Below are positions 1 through 9,775 of a DNA stretch of 64,000 bases, in pieces. Source of the DNA: an uncultured Pirellulales bacterium (GTDB lineage: Bacteria > Planctomycetota > Phycisphaerae > Sedimentisphaerales > Anaerobacaceae); NCBI GenBank assembly GCA_964346195.1, contig CAYFUB010000097.1, positions 4,688 through 68,687 of the forward strand, in the 5' to 3' direction. A program made the translations under genes and the position numbers. A model generated the notes under the pieces. That model was not told where the DNA came from and did not search any database. It was given only the letters and a program-made list of their open reading frames with translations. The stretch's first letter is position 1. Each line of letters starts with the position of its first letter.

Positions 1-5
1 ACGGC

Positions 6-1193
6 ATGATACGAAGCATCTGGATCACTCTGATGGCGCTCGCCGTTACGGCGGTGCACGCGGCGCCCCGCTACGTCGCGACCGACGGCAGACCGGAAAA
101 CGACGGTTCCGCAGAAAGACCGTGGCCTTCCGTAGAGCACGCGCTTTCCAACACCGGCGGCGGGCAGACCGTCATCGTCAAACCGGGCGTCTACCGCGGG
201 CCCATTCAAATTGCCAAACAGTTCGCAGGGACTCGGGAGCGACCGACGACCATTCAATCCCAGGTCAAGTGGCAGGCGGTCATTGTCGGTGCCGAGTACC
301 ACGTCATCAGCAACGCCGACGGCTGCGACTGGGTGACCATCGACGGCTTCGAGGTGATGGGGGGACGCTATGACGGGATCAAGATGAACGGCGATTATAA
401 CGTGGTGCGCAACTGCTGGGTGCACAACAACAAAGCCATGGGAATCGCCATGCACAACCAGAAAGGCGGCACCATCGAGAACAACCTCATCGAATTCAAC
501 GGCGGTCACATTCAGTTCGACCACGGCGTGTACGCCGATGGCGAGGGCCTGACCGTCAGCGGCAACGTCGTCCGTCACAACGCCAGTTTCGGCCTGCACC
601 TGTATCCATCCATCAAGAACTCACGAATTGTCAACAACCTTGTGTATGGCCAGGTGCGCCGGCGCGGGATCATCGTGGCGTGTCCCCCGGGCGGCGGCAA
701 GAACATCGTCGTCAATAACACGGTCGTGGAGGAGCAGCCGCTCACTATCTGGAATGGCGACGGTGAGACGGTGGTGAATAACATCCTGATCTCACAGGCA
801 GGAGACGCCTTTTCGTTCAGCGAAGACACCCGGAACGTTCAGTTGGACTACAACCTTTGTGTGCCCAAATCCGCTCGCCAGGGGCCGCACGGCCTGACCG
901 GCGATCCCAGGTTTGTGGATGCGACGAAAGGCTTGTTTTGGCTGCGGCGCGACAGCCCGGCCATTGGCAAGGGCTCTGCGCCGCATGCCCCTGCTACGGA
1001 TTTCTGGGGCCGCCCGCGCCCGCAAGGCAAGGCCCCCGACCTGGGCGCCTTTGCCTTCGAGCCTCTCCTGACGGGAGAGCAGGTCCGGGCCGCCTGGGAT
1101 TACGGGTGGGCCTATCACCGCCACGGGACCAAAATCGGCCTGCCCGACCTCTGGGTGCTGCCCACATCCGAGCCGGCCCGGCAATCCCGGTAA
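6..1193 (+). CDS. secreted right-handed parallel beta-helix repeat protein (pectate-lyase-like fold)
   Basis: ATG at 6. Signal peptide MIRSIWITLMALAVTAVHA/AP. Opening RYVATDG...NDGSAERPW, then a ladder of short Asn/Gly-rich turns (VVRNCWVHNN, IENNLIEFNGG, VSGNVVRHN, IVNNLVYG, VVNNTVV, VVNNILIS) typical of parallel beta-helix proteins. Confidence 0.75.
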   Translation: MIRSIWITLMALAVTAVHAAPRYVATDGRPENDGSAERPWPSVEHALSNTGGGQTVIVKPGVYRGPIQIAKQFAGTRERPTTIQSQVKWQAVIVGAEYHVISNADGCDWVTIDGFEVMGGRYDGIKMNGDYNVVRNCWVHNNKAMGIAMHNQKGGTIENNLIEFNGGHIQFDHGVYADGEGLTVSGNVVRHNASFGLHLYPSIKNSRIVNNLVYGQVRRRGIIVACPPGGGKNIVVNNTVVEEQPLTIWNGDGETVVNNILISQAGDAFSFSEDTRNVQLDYNLCVPKSARQGPHGLTGDPRFVDATKGLFWLRRDSPAIGKGSAPHAPATDFWGRPRPQGKAPDLGAFAFEPLLTGEQVRAAWDYGWAYHRHGTKIGLPDLWVLPTSEPARQSR

Positions 1194-1235
1194 GCGGGAA
1201 AAGAGCGTGCAAACGATAAAGGAGAAAGGACCTTT

Positions 1236-3797
1236 ATGAAGAGGTTATTGTCATTCTGGTTAGTTCTGGCCGTTGCTCATACGGTCTGCTGCGCCGGTGG
1301 GACGACTGACGATGTGAATCGCATCCAGCCCTGGCCGAAGAATCCGCGGTACTGGCAGTACCAGGGCCGACCCGTGCTGCTGCTCGGCGGGAGCAAGGAC
1401 GACAACCTGTTCCAGATTCCCGACCTCAAGGAGCACCTCGACGAGATCCAAAAGGCCGGTGGCAACTACATTCGCAACACCATGAGCGACCGCCGGGACA
1501 AGGGCTTCGAGGTCTATCCGTTCCGGCAGCGGCCCGACGGCAAGTATGACCTGGAGCAATGGAACGACGAGTACTGGCGGCGCTTCGAGAACATGCTCCG
1601 ACGGACCGCCGAGCGGGACATCATCGTGCAGATCGAGGTCTGGGACCGCTTCGATTACTCGACCAGGAACTGGGAGCCAAACCCGTACAATCCCAAGAAC
1701 AACGTCAACTACACCTACGAGCAGTCCGGCTTCGCGGAGCATTACCCCGACCACGCGGGCACGAACAAGCAGCCCTTCTTCTTTGCCACGCCGAAACAGC
1801 GGAACAATACGGTCGTCTTCAAATACCAGCAGCGCTTCGTAGACAAAATGTTGTCGCACTCGCTCCAGTACGACCATGTGCTCTATTGCATGGACAACGA
1901 GACCTCGGGCGACGAGGCCTGGGGCGCGTACTGGGCCGACCACATCCACCGGCGCGCCAGAGAAGCGGGCAAGCAGGTCTGCGTGACGGAGATGTGGGAT
2001 GCGTGGGACCTGAAGGCCGACGAGCACAAGCGCACGCTCGACCATCCCGAGCGATACGATTTTGCCGACGTTTCGCAGAACAATCAGAAGAAGGGCCAGG
2101 AGCATTGGGACAACTTCCAATGGGTGCGCGCGCGTATCGCCCAGCAGACGCGACCGCTCAATACGGTGAAGACCTACGGCGCCGACGGCGGCCGTTTTGG
2201 CAACAACCGTGACGGCCTGGAGCGCTTCTGGCGGCATGTCATCGGCGGAGCGGCCTCCGCCCGATTCCACCGGCCCGACTCGGGCCTGGGACTGTCCGAG
2301 CCGGCGGTCGCCGCCATCCAGGCCGCGCGCAAGCTGGAGTCGGTCGTCAAGCTGTGGGATGTCGAACCGGCCAATCATCTGCTCAGCGACCGAGCGGAGA
2401 ATGAAGCCTATCTGGCCACTCGTCCCGGCGTCGCCTATGCGCTCTATTTCACCGATGGCGGGTCCGTCGGCCTGGACCTGAAAGACGCGCCCGGTCGCTT
2501 CGAGGTGCGGTGGATCGACATCGGAACCGGCGCATGGGGCAAACGCGAAACGCTCGACGGCGGCGGCATAAGGACCGTGACCACGCCGGCTCGGGGCCAC
2601 TGGGTCGCGGCGCTCGTGGAAGCTCCGGCCGCAGCCTCGACCTCTGCCGCGGAAGATTACTTTCCGCCGTCCGAGGAGGAAGGCGGCTGGCGCGCGCTGG
2701 TCCCGGCCAATGCGATGCCGACGCCGGAACAGAGGGCCGTCATTCGCGAGCGTGTCGGACTCGATTGGGACAAGCTCCTCGATGCCTGGACTTACTGCAC
2801 CAGCTTCGGCGGGTCGCACAGCCTGCTGGTGGTACGCCACGGGTGGGTCGTGGCCGAGTGGCACAATTTCACCCAGCCGCGCGGCATTGCGTCCTGCACG
2901 AAATCCATCACGGCCCTGGTCATGGCCAGACTGCTCGACCTGAACGAGCGGCGCCTGCTTGAGAAGAGCATCAGCCTTGACGACTTCGCACATCGGTATG
3001 TACCGCCGTCATGGGGTGAGAGTGAGCCGGCGCGGCGAAATATCCGGCTTCGCCACTTGCTCACCATGACGTCGGGCCTGACGCCTTACGATGGTCCCTA
3101 CCGCGATGACTACGAGAAGCAGGTCTTCGCCCAACGCGTCGAATCGTCTCCCGGAACGGTCTGGGCGTACGCCTCCGTACCGGTGGATTTGCTGACCTAC
3201 GTTGTCGAGGACGTGACGGGCCGCCTGCTTGGCGACTTCTTCAATGACGAGATCGGTTCGGCCATCGGGGCCGCCCGCGTCGCCTTTCCGACCTTCAGCG
3301 GTCACAGCGGCGGCTCGGGTGGTCCGGGCGGGGGCGCGCGATTTACGGCCCGCGATCTGGCCCGCGTCGGCTATCTGCTGCTCCATCACGGCGTCTGGAC
3401 GCGTGACGGCCTTGTCCGGCAGGTCATTGAGGCAGAGCGCGTTGCACAATTCACTCAATGGGTCCCGTCCCTGGAAGGTGCGGAGTGGCGCCAACCGAAT
3501 TTTGCCTTCGAGGCCAACGCCAATCAGTACTACGGCTATCTCTTCTGGACCAATCGCACGCAGCAGGGCCCCGGCCCCGCCGTGCCACGCGACGCCTTCT
3601 ACATGTCCGGCTGGGGAAAACAAATCTGCGCCGTCATTCCCAGCCTCGACATGGTCGTCGTCCGGCTGGGCGGCAATCGCGCGTTAAACGAGCATCCGGA
3701 ATTCTACCCCGAACTATTCGTGCGTGTCATTGCCGCATCTGCAGAGGAACGCAGCTCCGGCGGGGCACAACTTGCCCAGGCAATCCCCCGGCACTGA
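1236..3797 (+). CDS. secreted two-domain protein: N-terminal clan GH-A-like (cellulase/DUF4038-type) barrel fused to a C-terminal beta-lactamase/PBP-type serine hydrolase
   Basis: aaggag about 10 nt upstream of the ATG. Signal peptide [21 protein letters not shown]. The N-terminal half has [19 protein letters not shown] and YCMDNETSG. The C-terminal half has the SxxK nucleophile motif ([10 protein letters not shown]) in a class-C beta-lactamase-like context. Confidence 0.75.
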   Translation: MKRLLSFWLVLAVAHTVCCAGGTTDDVNRIQPWPKNPRYWQYQGRPVLLLGGSKDDNLFQIPDLKEHLDEIQKAGGNYIRNTMSDRRDKGFEVYPFRQRPDGKYDLEQWNDEYWRRFENMLRRTAERDIIVQIEVWDRFDYSTRNWEPNPYNPKNNVNYTYEQSGFAEHYPDHAGTNKQPFFFATPKQRNNTVVFKYQQRFVDKMLSHSLQYDHVLYCMDNETSGDEAWGAYWADHIHRRAREAGKQVCVTEMWDAWDLKADEHKRTLDHPERYDFADVSQNNQKKGQEHWDNFQWVRARIAQQTRPLNTVKTYGADGGRFGNNRDGLERFWRHVIGGAASARFHRPDSGLGLSEPAVAAIQAARKLESVVKLWDVEPANHLLSDRAENEAYLATRPGVAYALYFTDGGSVGLDLKDAPGRFEVRWIDIGTGAWGKRETLDGGGIRTVTTPARGHWVAALVEAPAAASTSAAEDYFPPSEEEGGWRALVPANAMPTPEQRAVIRERVGLDWDKLLDAWTYCTSFGGSHSLLVVRHGWVVAEWHNFTQPRGIASCTKSITALVMARLLDLNERRLLEKSISLDDFAHRYVPPSWGESEPARRNIRLRHLLTMTSGLTPYDGPYRDDYEKQVFAQRVESSPGTVWAYASVPVDLLTYVVEDVTGRLLGDFFNDEIGSAIGAARVAFPTFSGHSGGSGGPGGGARFTARDLARVGYLLLHHGVWTRDGLVRQVIEAERVAQFTQWVPSLEGAEWRQPNFAFEANANQYYGYLFWTNRTQQGPGPAVPRDAFYMSGWGKQICAVIPSLDMVVVRLGGNRALNEHPEFYPELFVRVIAASAEERSSGGAQLAQAIPRH

Positions 3798-3869
3798 CTA
3801 CCGAATTTGTCCGTCGAGACTCATCAGAGGCAGAATCACACGTCCTCATCTGTGGCCGGGTAGTCGGTT

Positions 3870-6866
3870 TCATTCGCTGGCAAGAGGCTTGCCGAAGCCG
3901 ATATCGTCGATGTAAATCCTGCCGGCGCCGCCCTGTGTGGGGTTGGCCCGGCCGCCCACACCGAGGTACAACCTCTTGACCTTGCTCAGATTCACACCGG
4001 CGAAATCACTCAGTGGGATCCTCCACTCGGTCCACGCGCCTGCCGTCACCAGCGTCGGGTTCGTGGCCGTGGCGGTCTTGCCCGCGCTGTCCTGGACCAT
4101 CGCGTACAACGTCGCAGGGTCGTTCACGGGCTGGGAAACGCCGAGTTCCCGTACCTGCCACGCGCCAGCGACGGTGCCGGTGGTCGAGATATTGGAGAAC
4201 TCGGCCGTCGTCATGACGTTGGCGTTGTGGCTGGTCACCGCCAGGCCGATGTAGACGGTCGAGCCCATCGTGAGGTCGCGGGCCGTTGGCTCGGTCGGGT
4301 TGGCCACCTCAATCATCGGCTCCCATGTAGTCCCGTCGCTGGAGTGCTCAGCCTGGATGGTGCTGCCGGTCCGAGTCAGCCGCAGCCAGTGAGGCAATGT
4401 GATGGTACCAGGATCACTGCGGGTGCTGTCGGAGGTGCCCGCGACAAGGAGCCGGAACTGCCATCCGACGCGGCCGTCCGCCGTGACGTAGGCCATAGCA
4501 TTCTTGGCGCCCGGATCGAGGCTTTCCCGAATCATGAGACCCGCCTTGGCCCAGGGATCGCTGTTGCCGAGGCTGTCGATCCTGGCCACGATGGAGCCGT
4601 CGTTATTGAGGTTTTTGAAAGCGAAGCGGAACTCGTCGGCGGTGCCCCAGATGTCTGCGCCGCCGCCACCGATGGTGATACTGCCGAGCGTGGATTCGAG
4701 GAAGCTGATGGGATTGCCCCGGACCCACAGGCTCAGGGTGTCGGCGCCGTTGACCGTCCAGTCCTGCACGGGCGCGAATTCCCGGTAGGCCTCGCTGCAG
4801 AAGGGCGAGTCGGTGTTGTTGTAGTCCATGGGCATCGACTGTTTGCCGCCGTGGACGATGGTCTGCTCGGCGAACGGCGGGTCCCAGTTGCCGACGGTCG
4901 CGCCATTCTTGGTGGCCGCGGCCCACCCGTCGATCCAGGTCTCGTAGATACGGGTGTCCATGCCCTGCTCATCGTTGTAGCTCTCGAAATCATCCACGAC
5001 GAGGTACTCGCGGGTGGAGAAACTCCAGAGGTCGCCGGGCCAGACGGCGGGGGTTTCGGCGTCGTTGACTTCCGTCACCTTCCAGAAGTAGGTCGTTCCG
5101 AGGCTCAGAGCGCCGGGATCAAAGCGGTTTTGGCTGAGGGTCTGGACCGGCGCGGTGCCGTCGATCACAGCCTGCTGATCGATGTCGAAAGACACCTGGT
5201 GCGAAGCAGCCTCTCGTCCGGAGCGCCAGCTCAGTACGGTGTCTACCTCCACGTCCGTTTGGCCGGAGACCGGCATCGGCTCGCGCGCCACGACCGGAGT
5301 ATAGAAGAAACGTAGCTCGCTCAGGCCGTATTGCGCCAGCAGCTCGCCCCAGTTGCTGTTGATTGTCAGCTTCACGTACCGGGCCACGGCGTCGGCGAAA
5401 TCTACCGCGATATCCGCCGCGTAGGTGGCCTGGCCGGGGGCCCGGGCAAACTCAAAATCACCCAGGGCCGTCCAGGTGATGCCATCGGCGGAGTACTCCA
5501 CCGTCACGCTCCTGGCGCCCAGGCCGAGGATGGACTCGAGCGTCTGGTTGGAGTTCCAGACGACCAACCGATCCAGCTTATAGGCTTTGTCAAATTCGTA
5601 CTGGATCCACGTCGGTTGCGGCCCGCCGTCGGCGCTGAGCCACATCTGCGTCTCTGTTGTCGAGTGTTGGTCCGCCGCATCGAGCCCCGAGCCGTCCACG
5701 GTCTTCTCGGGTCCCATGTTCTCGGTGAAACTTGAGGCCGTGGCCTGGATGTTCTGGATCGGGTAAGAAACGGGCTCGACGGTGAACGACCAGACCTCGC
5801 CTTTGACGACCGCAAAATCGGGCGCGGCGTTGACCTCATCGATGCGCCAGTGATACGTCCGGCCGAATTCGAGCACCCCGTCCGGATCGTAGCTATTGGC
5901 GTCTTGACCCGGGCTGACCAGCACACCCAGCGGACTGGTTGTGTCCGCGTTGTCAACGTCATCGGCACTGGTGCCGAAGTAGACATTGTGCGTGGCGGCG
6001 GTTTCACTCGGCGTCCAGCCCAGCACCACGTCGCGCGCCACGTCCGTGGCCTCGTGCGCCGGCACGGGCGACGACGCGGTGGTCTGTGTCGTGACGCCCA
6101 ACAGGTAGTTGACGGCGTTGATCAGGAGCTGCTTGCCGTTATCGGTGAGGTTGAAGGCCCCCTGAGGCGTGGCCCCCGATTCCTGCGTGCCGACGCAGAA
6201 CAACATGCGCTTGCCGCCGGGGGTCCCGGGCGAACCCGTGTAGTAGGGGACCCCGGGCTCCCATTCCGCGATCCAGGCATTGGTCCCGGTAGCCGTCGTG
6301 GCGAGCAACTTGCCGTTGCCGACGTCGGTCGTGCCGGCAAACGACGTCTGGCCTGTGCCGGTCGTTCCGTCTACCACATCCACCTGGTTGCTCGCATCGA
6401 GCGGGATGCCCTTGAAGATCGGATGCGTGGGCTCCACCACTTGCATCCTGGGACCCACGAGGTTACTGATCGTGCTGGAATTAAGCCAATACCATCGGTA
6501 ACCGCTGCTGGTGCCGCGCGAGAGGTACGAGCTGTGCAGCATCATCGGGGATGTCAGGCTGTTCCACGAAGTGATTTCTGTGGTATCGTCGTCATAGTTG
6601 CCGCTGCTGGTGGAGCGGCTGACGATGACCAGGTCCGCGGCATTGAGCTCCGCGATCTTGCCGGCGTCGAGGGTGGTCCAATTGCCGCGCCGAACGTCCA
6701 CCTGGTGTCCCAGACCCTTGAGGAAATCCTCAAGCCCGAGATCGTCCTGAATGCCGTTCCCATCTGCATCGCGGTTCTCAGCCACCAAGATAATGTTGGC
6801 GGCGTGAACCATGGGACCGATGCAGAAAACCAGCGCCAAAACAACGAGAGAAACTCTCTTACACAT
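3870..6866 (-). CDS. large secreted multidomain lectin-like protein (discoidin/F5-8 type C-like, concanavalin/LamG-like, carbohydrate-binding tail)
   Basis: Start trimmed to ATG 6866 (MCKRVSLVVLALVFCIGPMVHA signal peptide). The 53 upstream codons of the track ORF are Arg/Ala-rich junk. Discoidin-like block: GPEKTVDGSG...WIQYEFDKAYKLDRLVVWN...YVKLTINSNWG. Two modules of about 90 aa end in TYHWRIDEV..WSFTVEP and TYFWKVTEV..WSFST. Paralogous to CDS 12807-15707. Confidence 0.8.
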   Translation of the reverse strand: MCKRVSLVVLALVFCIGPMVHAANIILVAENRDADGNGIQDDLGLEDFLKGLGHQVDVRRGNWTTLDAGKIAELNAADLVIVSRSTSSGNYDDDTTEITSWNSLTSPMMLHSSYLSRGTSSGYRWYWLNSSTISNLVGPRMQVVEPTHPIFKGIPLDASNQVDVVDGTTGTGQTSFAGTTDVGNGKLLATTATGTNAWIAEWEPGVPYYTGSPGTPGGKRMLFCVGTQESGATPQGAFNLTDNGKQLLINAVNYLLGVTTQTTASSPVPAHEATDVARDVVLGWTPSETAATHNVYFGTSADDVDNADTTSPLGVLVSPGQDANSYDPDGVLEFGRTYHWRIDEVNAAPDFAVVKGEVWSFTVEPVSYPIQNIQATASSFTENMGPEKTVDGSGLDAADQHSTTETQMWLSADGGPQPTWIQYEFDKAYKLDRLVVWNSNQTLESILGLGARSVTVEYSADGITWTALGDFEFARAPGQATYAADIAVDFADAVARYVKLTINSNWGELLAQYGLSELRFFYTPVVAREPMPVSGQTDVEVDTVLSWRSGREAASHQVSFDIDQQAVIDGTAPVQTLSQNRFDPGALSLGTTYFWKVTEVNDAETPAVWPGDLWSFSTREYLVVDDFESYNDEQGMDTRIYETWIDGWAAATKNGATVGNWDPPFAEQTIVHGGKQSMPMDYNNTDSPFCSEAYREFAPVQDWTVNGADTLSLWVRGNPISFLESTLGSITIGGGGADIWGTADEFRFAFKNLNNDGSIVARIDSLGNSDPWAKAGLMIRESLDPGAKNAMAYVTADGRVGWQFRLLVAGTSDSTRSDPGTITLPHWLRLTRTGSTIQAEHSSDGTTWEPMIEVANPTEPTARDLTMGSTVYIGLAVTSHNANVMTTAEFSNISTTGTVAGAWQVRELGVSQPVNDPATLYAMVQDSAGKTATATNPTLVTAGAWTEWRIPLSDFAGVNLSKVKRLYLGVGGRANPTQGGAGRIYIDDIGFGKPLASE

Positions 6867-7042
6867 ACCGATTTTCCTTCGACAGAAATGAGATTCACAG
6901 CGGTTCATCACACCCACGTCCATCTTCCCGATCCGGACCTGCAGCGCCGCTGCGCGTCGGGGAGCGCCCGCCTCAGCGCTGTCCGGCCACGGCCGATCAG
7001 GCCACCCACGGCTCCCAACCGCCATCCTCGCTTGACCAGGAT

Positions 7043-7071
7043 ATTATAACCGGATCGGACCGGAATACCAA
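7043..7071 (-). promoter_or_regulatory. candidate sigma70-type promoter for CDS 3870-6866
   Basis: On the minus strand: TTGGTA (7071-7066), 17-nt spacer, TATAAT (7048-7043), about 175 nt upstream of ATG 6866. Confidence 0.3.
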
Positions 7072-7366
7072 CGGTAAAATTGTCCCTCAGGTGACCAAAA
7101 AGAAATTCGTCATCGTCTTTTTCGGTCCCCTGTCTTCTTTGGTATCTGCCGGTGGCATCGATCATGCGGACATGGCTTGATTGTGGAGCGGGCGGACAGT
7201 AGCATACGTGACGAACCTCTGGGATGTCGCCGACCCGGGCGAGTTGGCCTGCCCTTGGGAATGGACCGATGGACAAGCAAAGGAGGACGACGTGAGAGAA
7301 GTATCAAGGCCTGACGTACAGCAGCGCTCCGTGCCGAGTCCACGCCGAGACGACGCCGTGGGCACC

Positions 7367-9535
7367 ATGGCACGAACGGGTCTTCTTCTGGGGCTCCTGC
7401 AGTTCGTGGCGATCCAGGCGGCCTGGGGCTCTGCAATGCAAATTCTCATGTCTGGGAGAGACTCCTCGACGTCTCTCGTCGCCCTGGCAAGTTCGAACCC
7501 TTTCCAGCATCCAGGCCTGTTGCACACCCGGGCCGACCTGGATCGGACAAAGCGGATGGTCGAACAGGGCGTCGAGCCGTACCAGAGTGGGTTTGAGATG
7601 TTCAAAGCTCATCGGCAGTCCCAGGCAGACTGGCGTCTGCGTGGGCCATTCGAGAGCGTTTCGCGCGGACCTGGCCAGGACTTACACCGGGCCGAGTTGG
7701 GGCAGGATGGCAATGCCGCTTATCAGAACGCTCTGATGTGGGCCATCACGGGTGACGAAGCCCACGCCCGGAAGGCGGTCGAAATCCTGAATGCGTGGTC
7801 CGGCGTGCTCAAAGAGATCGTGGGAAAAGACAAAGAGCTGGCGGCGTCCCTGTGTGGTTTCAAGTATGCCAACGCGGCGGAGATCATGCGATACACGTAT
7901 GACGAATGGGCGCCGGCCGAGGTCGAACGATGCGAAACCATGATGAAGGCTGTTTTCTATCCCGTGATCGAGAACTTCGCCACGTTCGCCAACGGCAACT
8001 GGGATACCGGCTGTATCAAGACGATGATGGCTATCGGTGTATTCTGCGATGATCGGGCCGTGTTCGACCGCGCCGTGGATTACTACCACAACGGTCCGGG
8101 CAATGGACGGCTGACCCACTACGTCATCAACGAGCAAGGCCAATGCCAGGAAAGCGGTCGCGACCAGCAGCACGCACAACTGGGTCTGGCCCACTTGGCC
8201 GAGGCCTGCGAGACCGCGTGGAACCAGGGTCTGGACTTGTACGCGGTGGCGGACAACCGCTTGCTGAAGGGATTCGAGTACACCGCGAAATACAATCTCG
8301 GCAACGAGGTACCGTTCGTGCCGTGGCGCGACACGACCGGCAAGTACTATGCCGAGGCCATCTCCCCGAGTGGGCGCGGGCGCCTGCGGCCGATCTTCGA
8401 AATGGTCTGGAACCACTACGAGAAACGCCAGGGAATCCCGGCGCCGTACACGCAACAGGCCGCCGAGAAAATTCGGCCCGAGGGTGCGGCCTTTGACGCC
8501 GACCATCCGGGGTTTGGCACGTTGCTGTTCACCCGGCCCGACCGACCGGCGCTGCCCGCAGACTACATGATCGGGGCCGACCTGTCTTTTCTCAAGTGGG
8601 CCGAGGACCGGGGCACCGTGTTCAAGGACGACGGCGAGCCGCAGCCCGGTCTCCAGATTCTCCGCAACCACGGCTACGGTTGGGTTCGGCTTCGACTGTT
8701 CCACAGTCCCACACGGCTGCCGAACAACCTGGAATACACCATCGCCCTGGCTAAAGACGCCAAAGCGCTCGGTTTCCAGTTTCTCCTGAACTATCATTAT
8801 TCCGACACCTGGGCCGATCCGGGCAAGCAGATCATCCCCAAGGCGTGGGAGGGCAAGTCCCATGCCGAGCTGGTGCAGGCCGTGCGGGAGTACACGCGGG
8901 ATACGATTGCCGCGTTTCGGGAGGCCGGTGTCCTGCCGGAGATGGTCCAGATCGGTAACGAGATCACGCCCGGCATGCTCTGGCCGGATGGCAGATTGCC
9001 GGCCAACTGGGACAACTTCGCCGAGTTGCTCAAGGCCGGAATCGACGGCGTGGAGATGGGACGGGCCGATGCACCTCGCCCCCGCATCATGATCCACATC
9101 GACAAAGGCGGCGACAAGGAGGCCACGAAGCGGTTCTTCGACCGATTGAACACCTATGGCCTGGCCTACGATGTCATCGGCCAGTCCTACTATCCGTGGT
9201 GGCATGGCTCCTTGCAGGACCTGCAGGAGAACCTGGCTTTCATGGCCAATGAATACCAGAAGGACATCGTCCTCGTGGAGGTAGCCTATTGCTGGCGGCC
9301 GACCGAATACCGCGATAAGGATGGGCCGTTCCCGGAAACGCCCGAAGGACAGCGACAGTTCCTGGAGGAGGTGAATCGCATCGTTCTTGAAACACCTCAG
9401 GGTCGGGGCAGGGGCATTTTCTGGTGGGAGCCGGCGGTGACAGGCCCGCTGCGAAGTCGGGGTTACTTCGACGAGGGGGGGAATGCCCTGCCCGTCATTA
9501 CGGTATTTGATGAATTCACCAGGAGCAGCGAGTGA
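7367..9535 (+). CDS. secreted fusion: N-terminal alginate-lyase-like (alpha/alpha toroid) domain plus C-terminal GH53 endo-beta-1,4-galactanase
   Basis: Start trimmed to ATG 7367 (MARTGLLLGLLQFVAIQAAWGSA signal peptide). N-terminal half: HPGLLHTRADLDRTK...AYQNALMWAITGDEAHARKAVEILNAWSG, an alginate_lyase-family-like pattern. C-terminal half carries GH53 hallmarks: NYHYSDTWADPGKQ, GNEITPGMLWP (acid/base Glu), IGQSYYPWWHG, VLVEVAY (nucleophile Glu). Confidence 0.8.
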   Translation: MARTGLLLGLLQFVAIQAAWGSAMQILMSGRDSSTSLVALASSNPFQHPGLLHTRADLDRTKRMVEQGVEPYQSGFEMFKAHRQSQADWRLRGPFESVSRGPGQDLHRAELGQDGNAAYQNALMWAITGDEAHARKAVEILNAWSGVLKEIVGKDKELAASLCGFKYANAAEIMRYTYDEWAPAEVERCETMMKAVFYPVIENFATFANGNWDTGCIKTMMAIGVFCDDRAVFDRAVDYYHNGPGNGRLTHYVINEQGQCQESGRDQQHAQLGLAHLAEACETAWNQGLDLYAVADNRLLKGFEYTAKYNLGNEVPFVPWRDTTGKYYAEAISPSGRGRLRPIFEMVWNHYEKRQGIPAPYTQQAAEKIRPEGAAFDADHPGFGTLLFTRPDRPALPADYMIGADLSFLKWAEDRGTVFKDDGEPQPGLQILRNHGYGWVRLRLFHSPTRLPNNLEYTIALAKDAKALGFQFLLNYHYSDTWADPGKQIIPKAWEGKSHAELVQAVREYTRDTIAAFREAGVLPEMVQIGNEITPGMLWPDGRLPANWDNFAELLKAGIDGVEMGRADAPRPRIMIHIDKGGDKEATKRFFDRLNTYGLAYDVIGQSYYPWWHGSLQDLQENLAFMANEYQKDIVLVEVAYCWRPTEYRDKDGPFPETPEGQRQFLEEVNRIVLETPQGRGRGIFWWEPAVTGPLRSRGYFDEGGNALPVITVFDEFTRSSE

Positions 9536-9583
9536 GGATGGTCGGAAATTGGGGCCCCGTCTGGCAATTATGTGTTTGTAGTG

Positions 9584-9602
9584 ACGCCGTAAGGCGTTTT
9601 TC
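9584..9602 (+). terminator. weak intrinsic-terminator-like hairpin after the GH53 fusion gene
   Basis: ACGCC-GTAA-GGCGT followed by TTTTT, 49 nt after stop 9535. The stem is only 5 bp. Confidence 0.3.
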
Positions 9603-9607
9603 AGTAG

Positions 9608-9736
9608 CATGGGCATCTTGCCCATGAAGGGTCCCCAAAACGCGACCTTCGCGTTTTGGGAGCCCAGTCGCAGGGCCATCTTGGCCCTGTATTCACGGGC
9701 GGGACGCCCGTGAGACACACGGGCAGGATGCCCGTG
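9608..9736. repeat. tandem array of short palindromic (REP-like) hairpins between convergent genes
   Basis: CATGGGCA-TCT-TGCCCATG (9608-9626); CCCCAAAACGCGA-CCT-TCGCGTTTTGGG (9633-9660); CAGGGCCA-TCT-TGGCCCTG (9671-9689); CACGGGCG-GGA-CGCCCGTG (9694-9712); CACGGGCA-GGA-TGCCCGTG (9718-9736). Confidence 0.65.
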
Positions 9737-9775
9737 CTACTATGCCCTTACAGCCACACACTACCGAGTGGCCCT

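Noticed and set aside
9584-9736. Possible CRISPR array
   Set aside because: The repeated units are individually palindromic, differ in sequence, and are separated by only 4-10 nt rather than uniform spacers of about 30 nt. There are no cas genes in the window.
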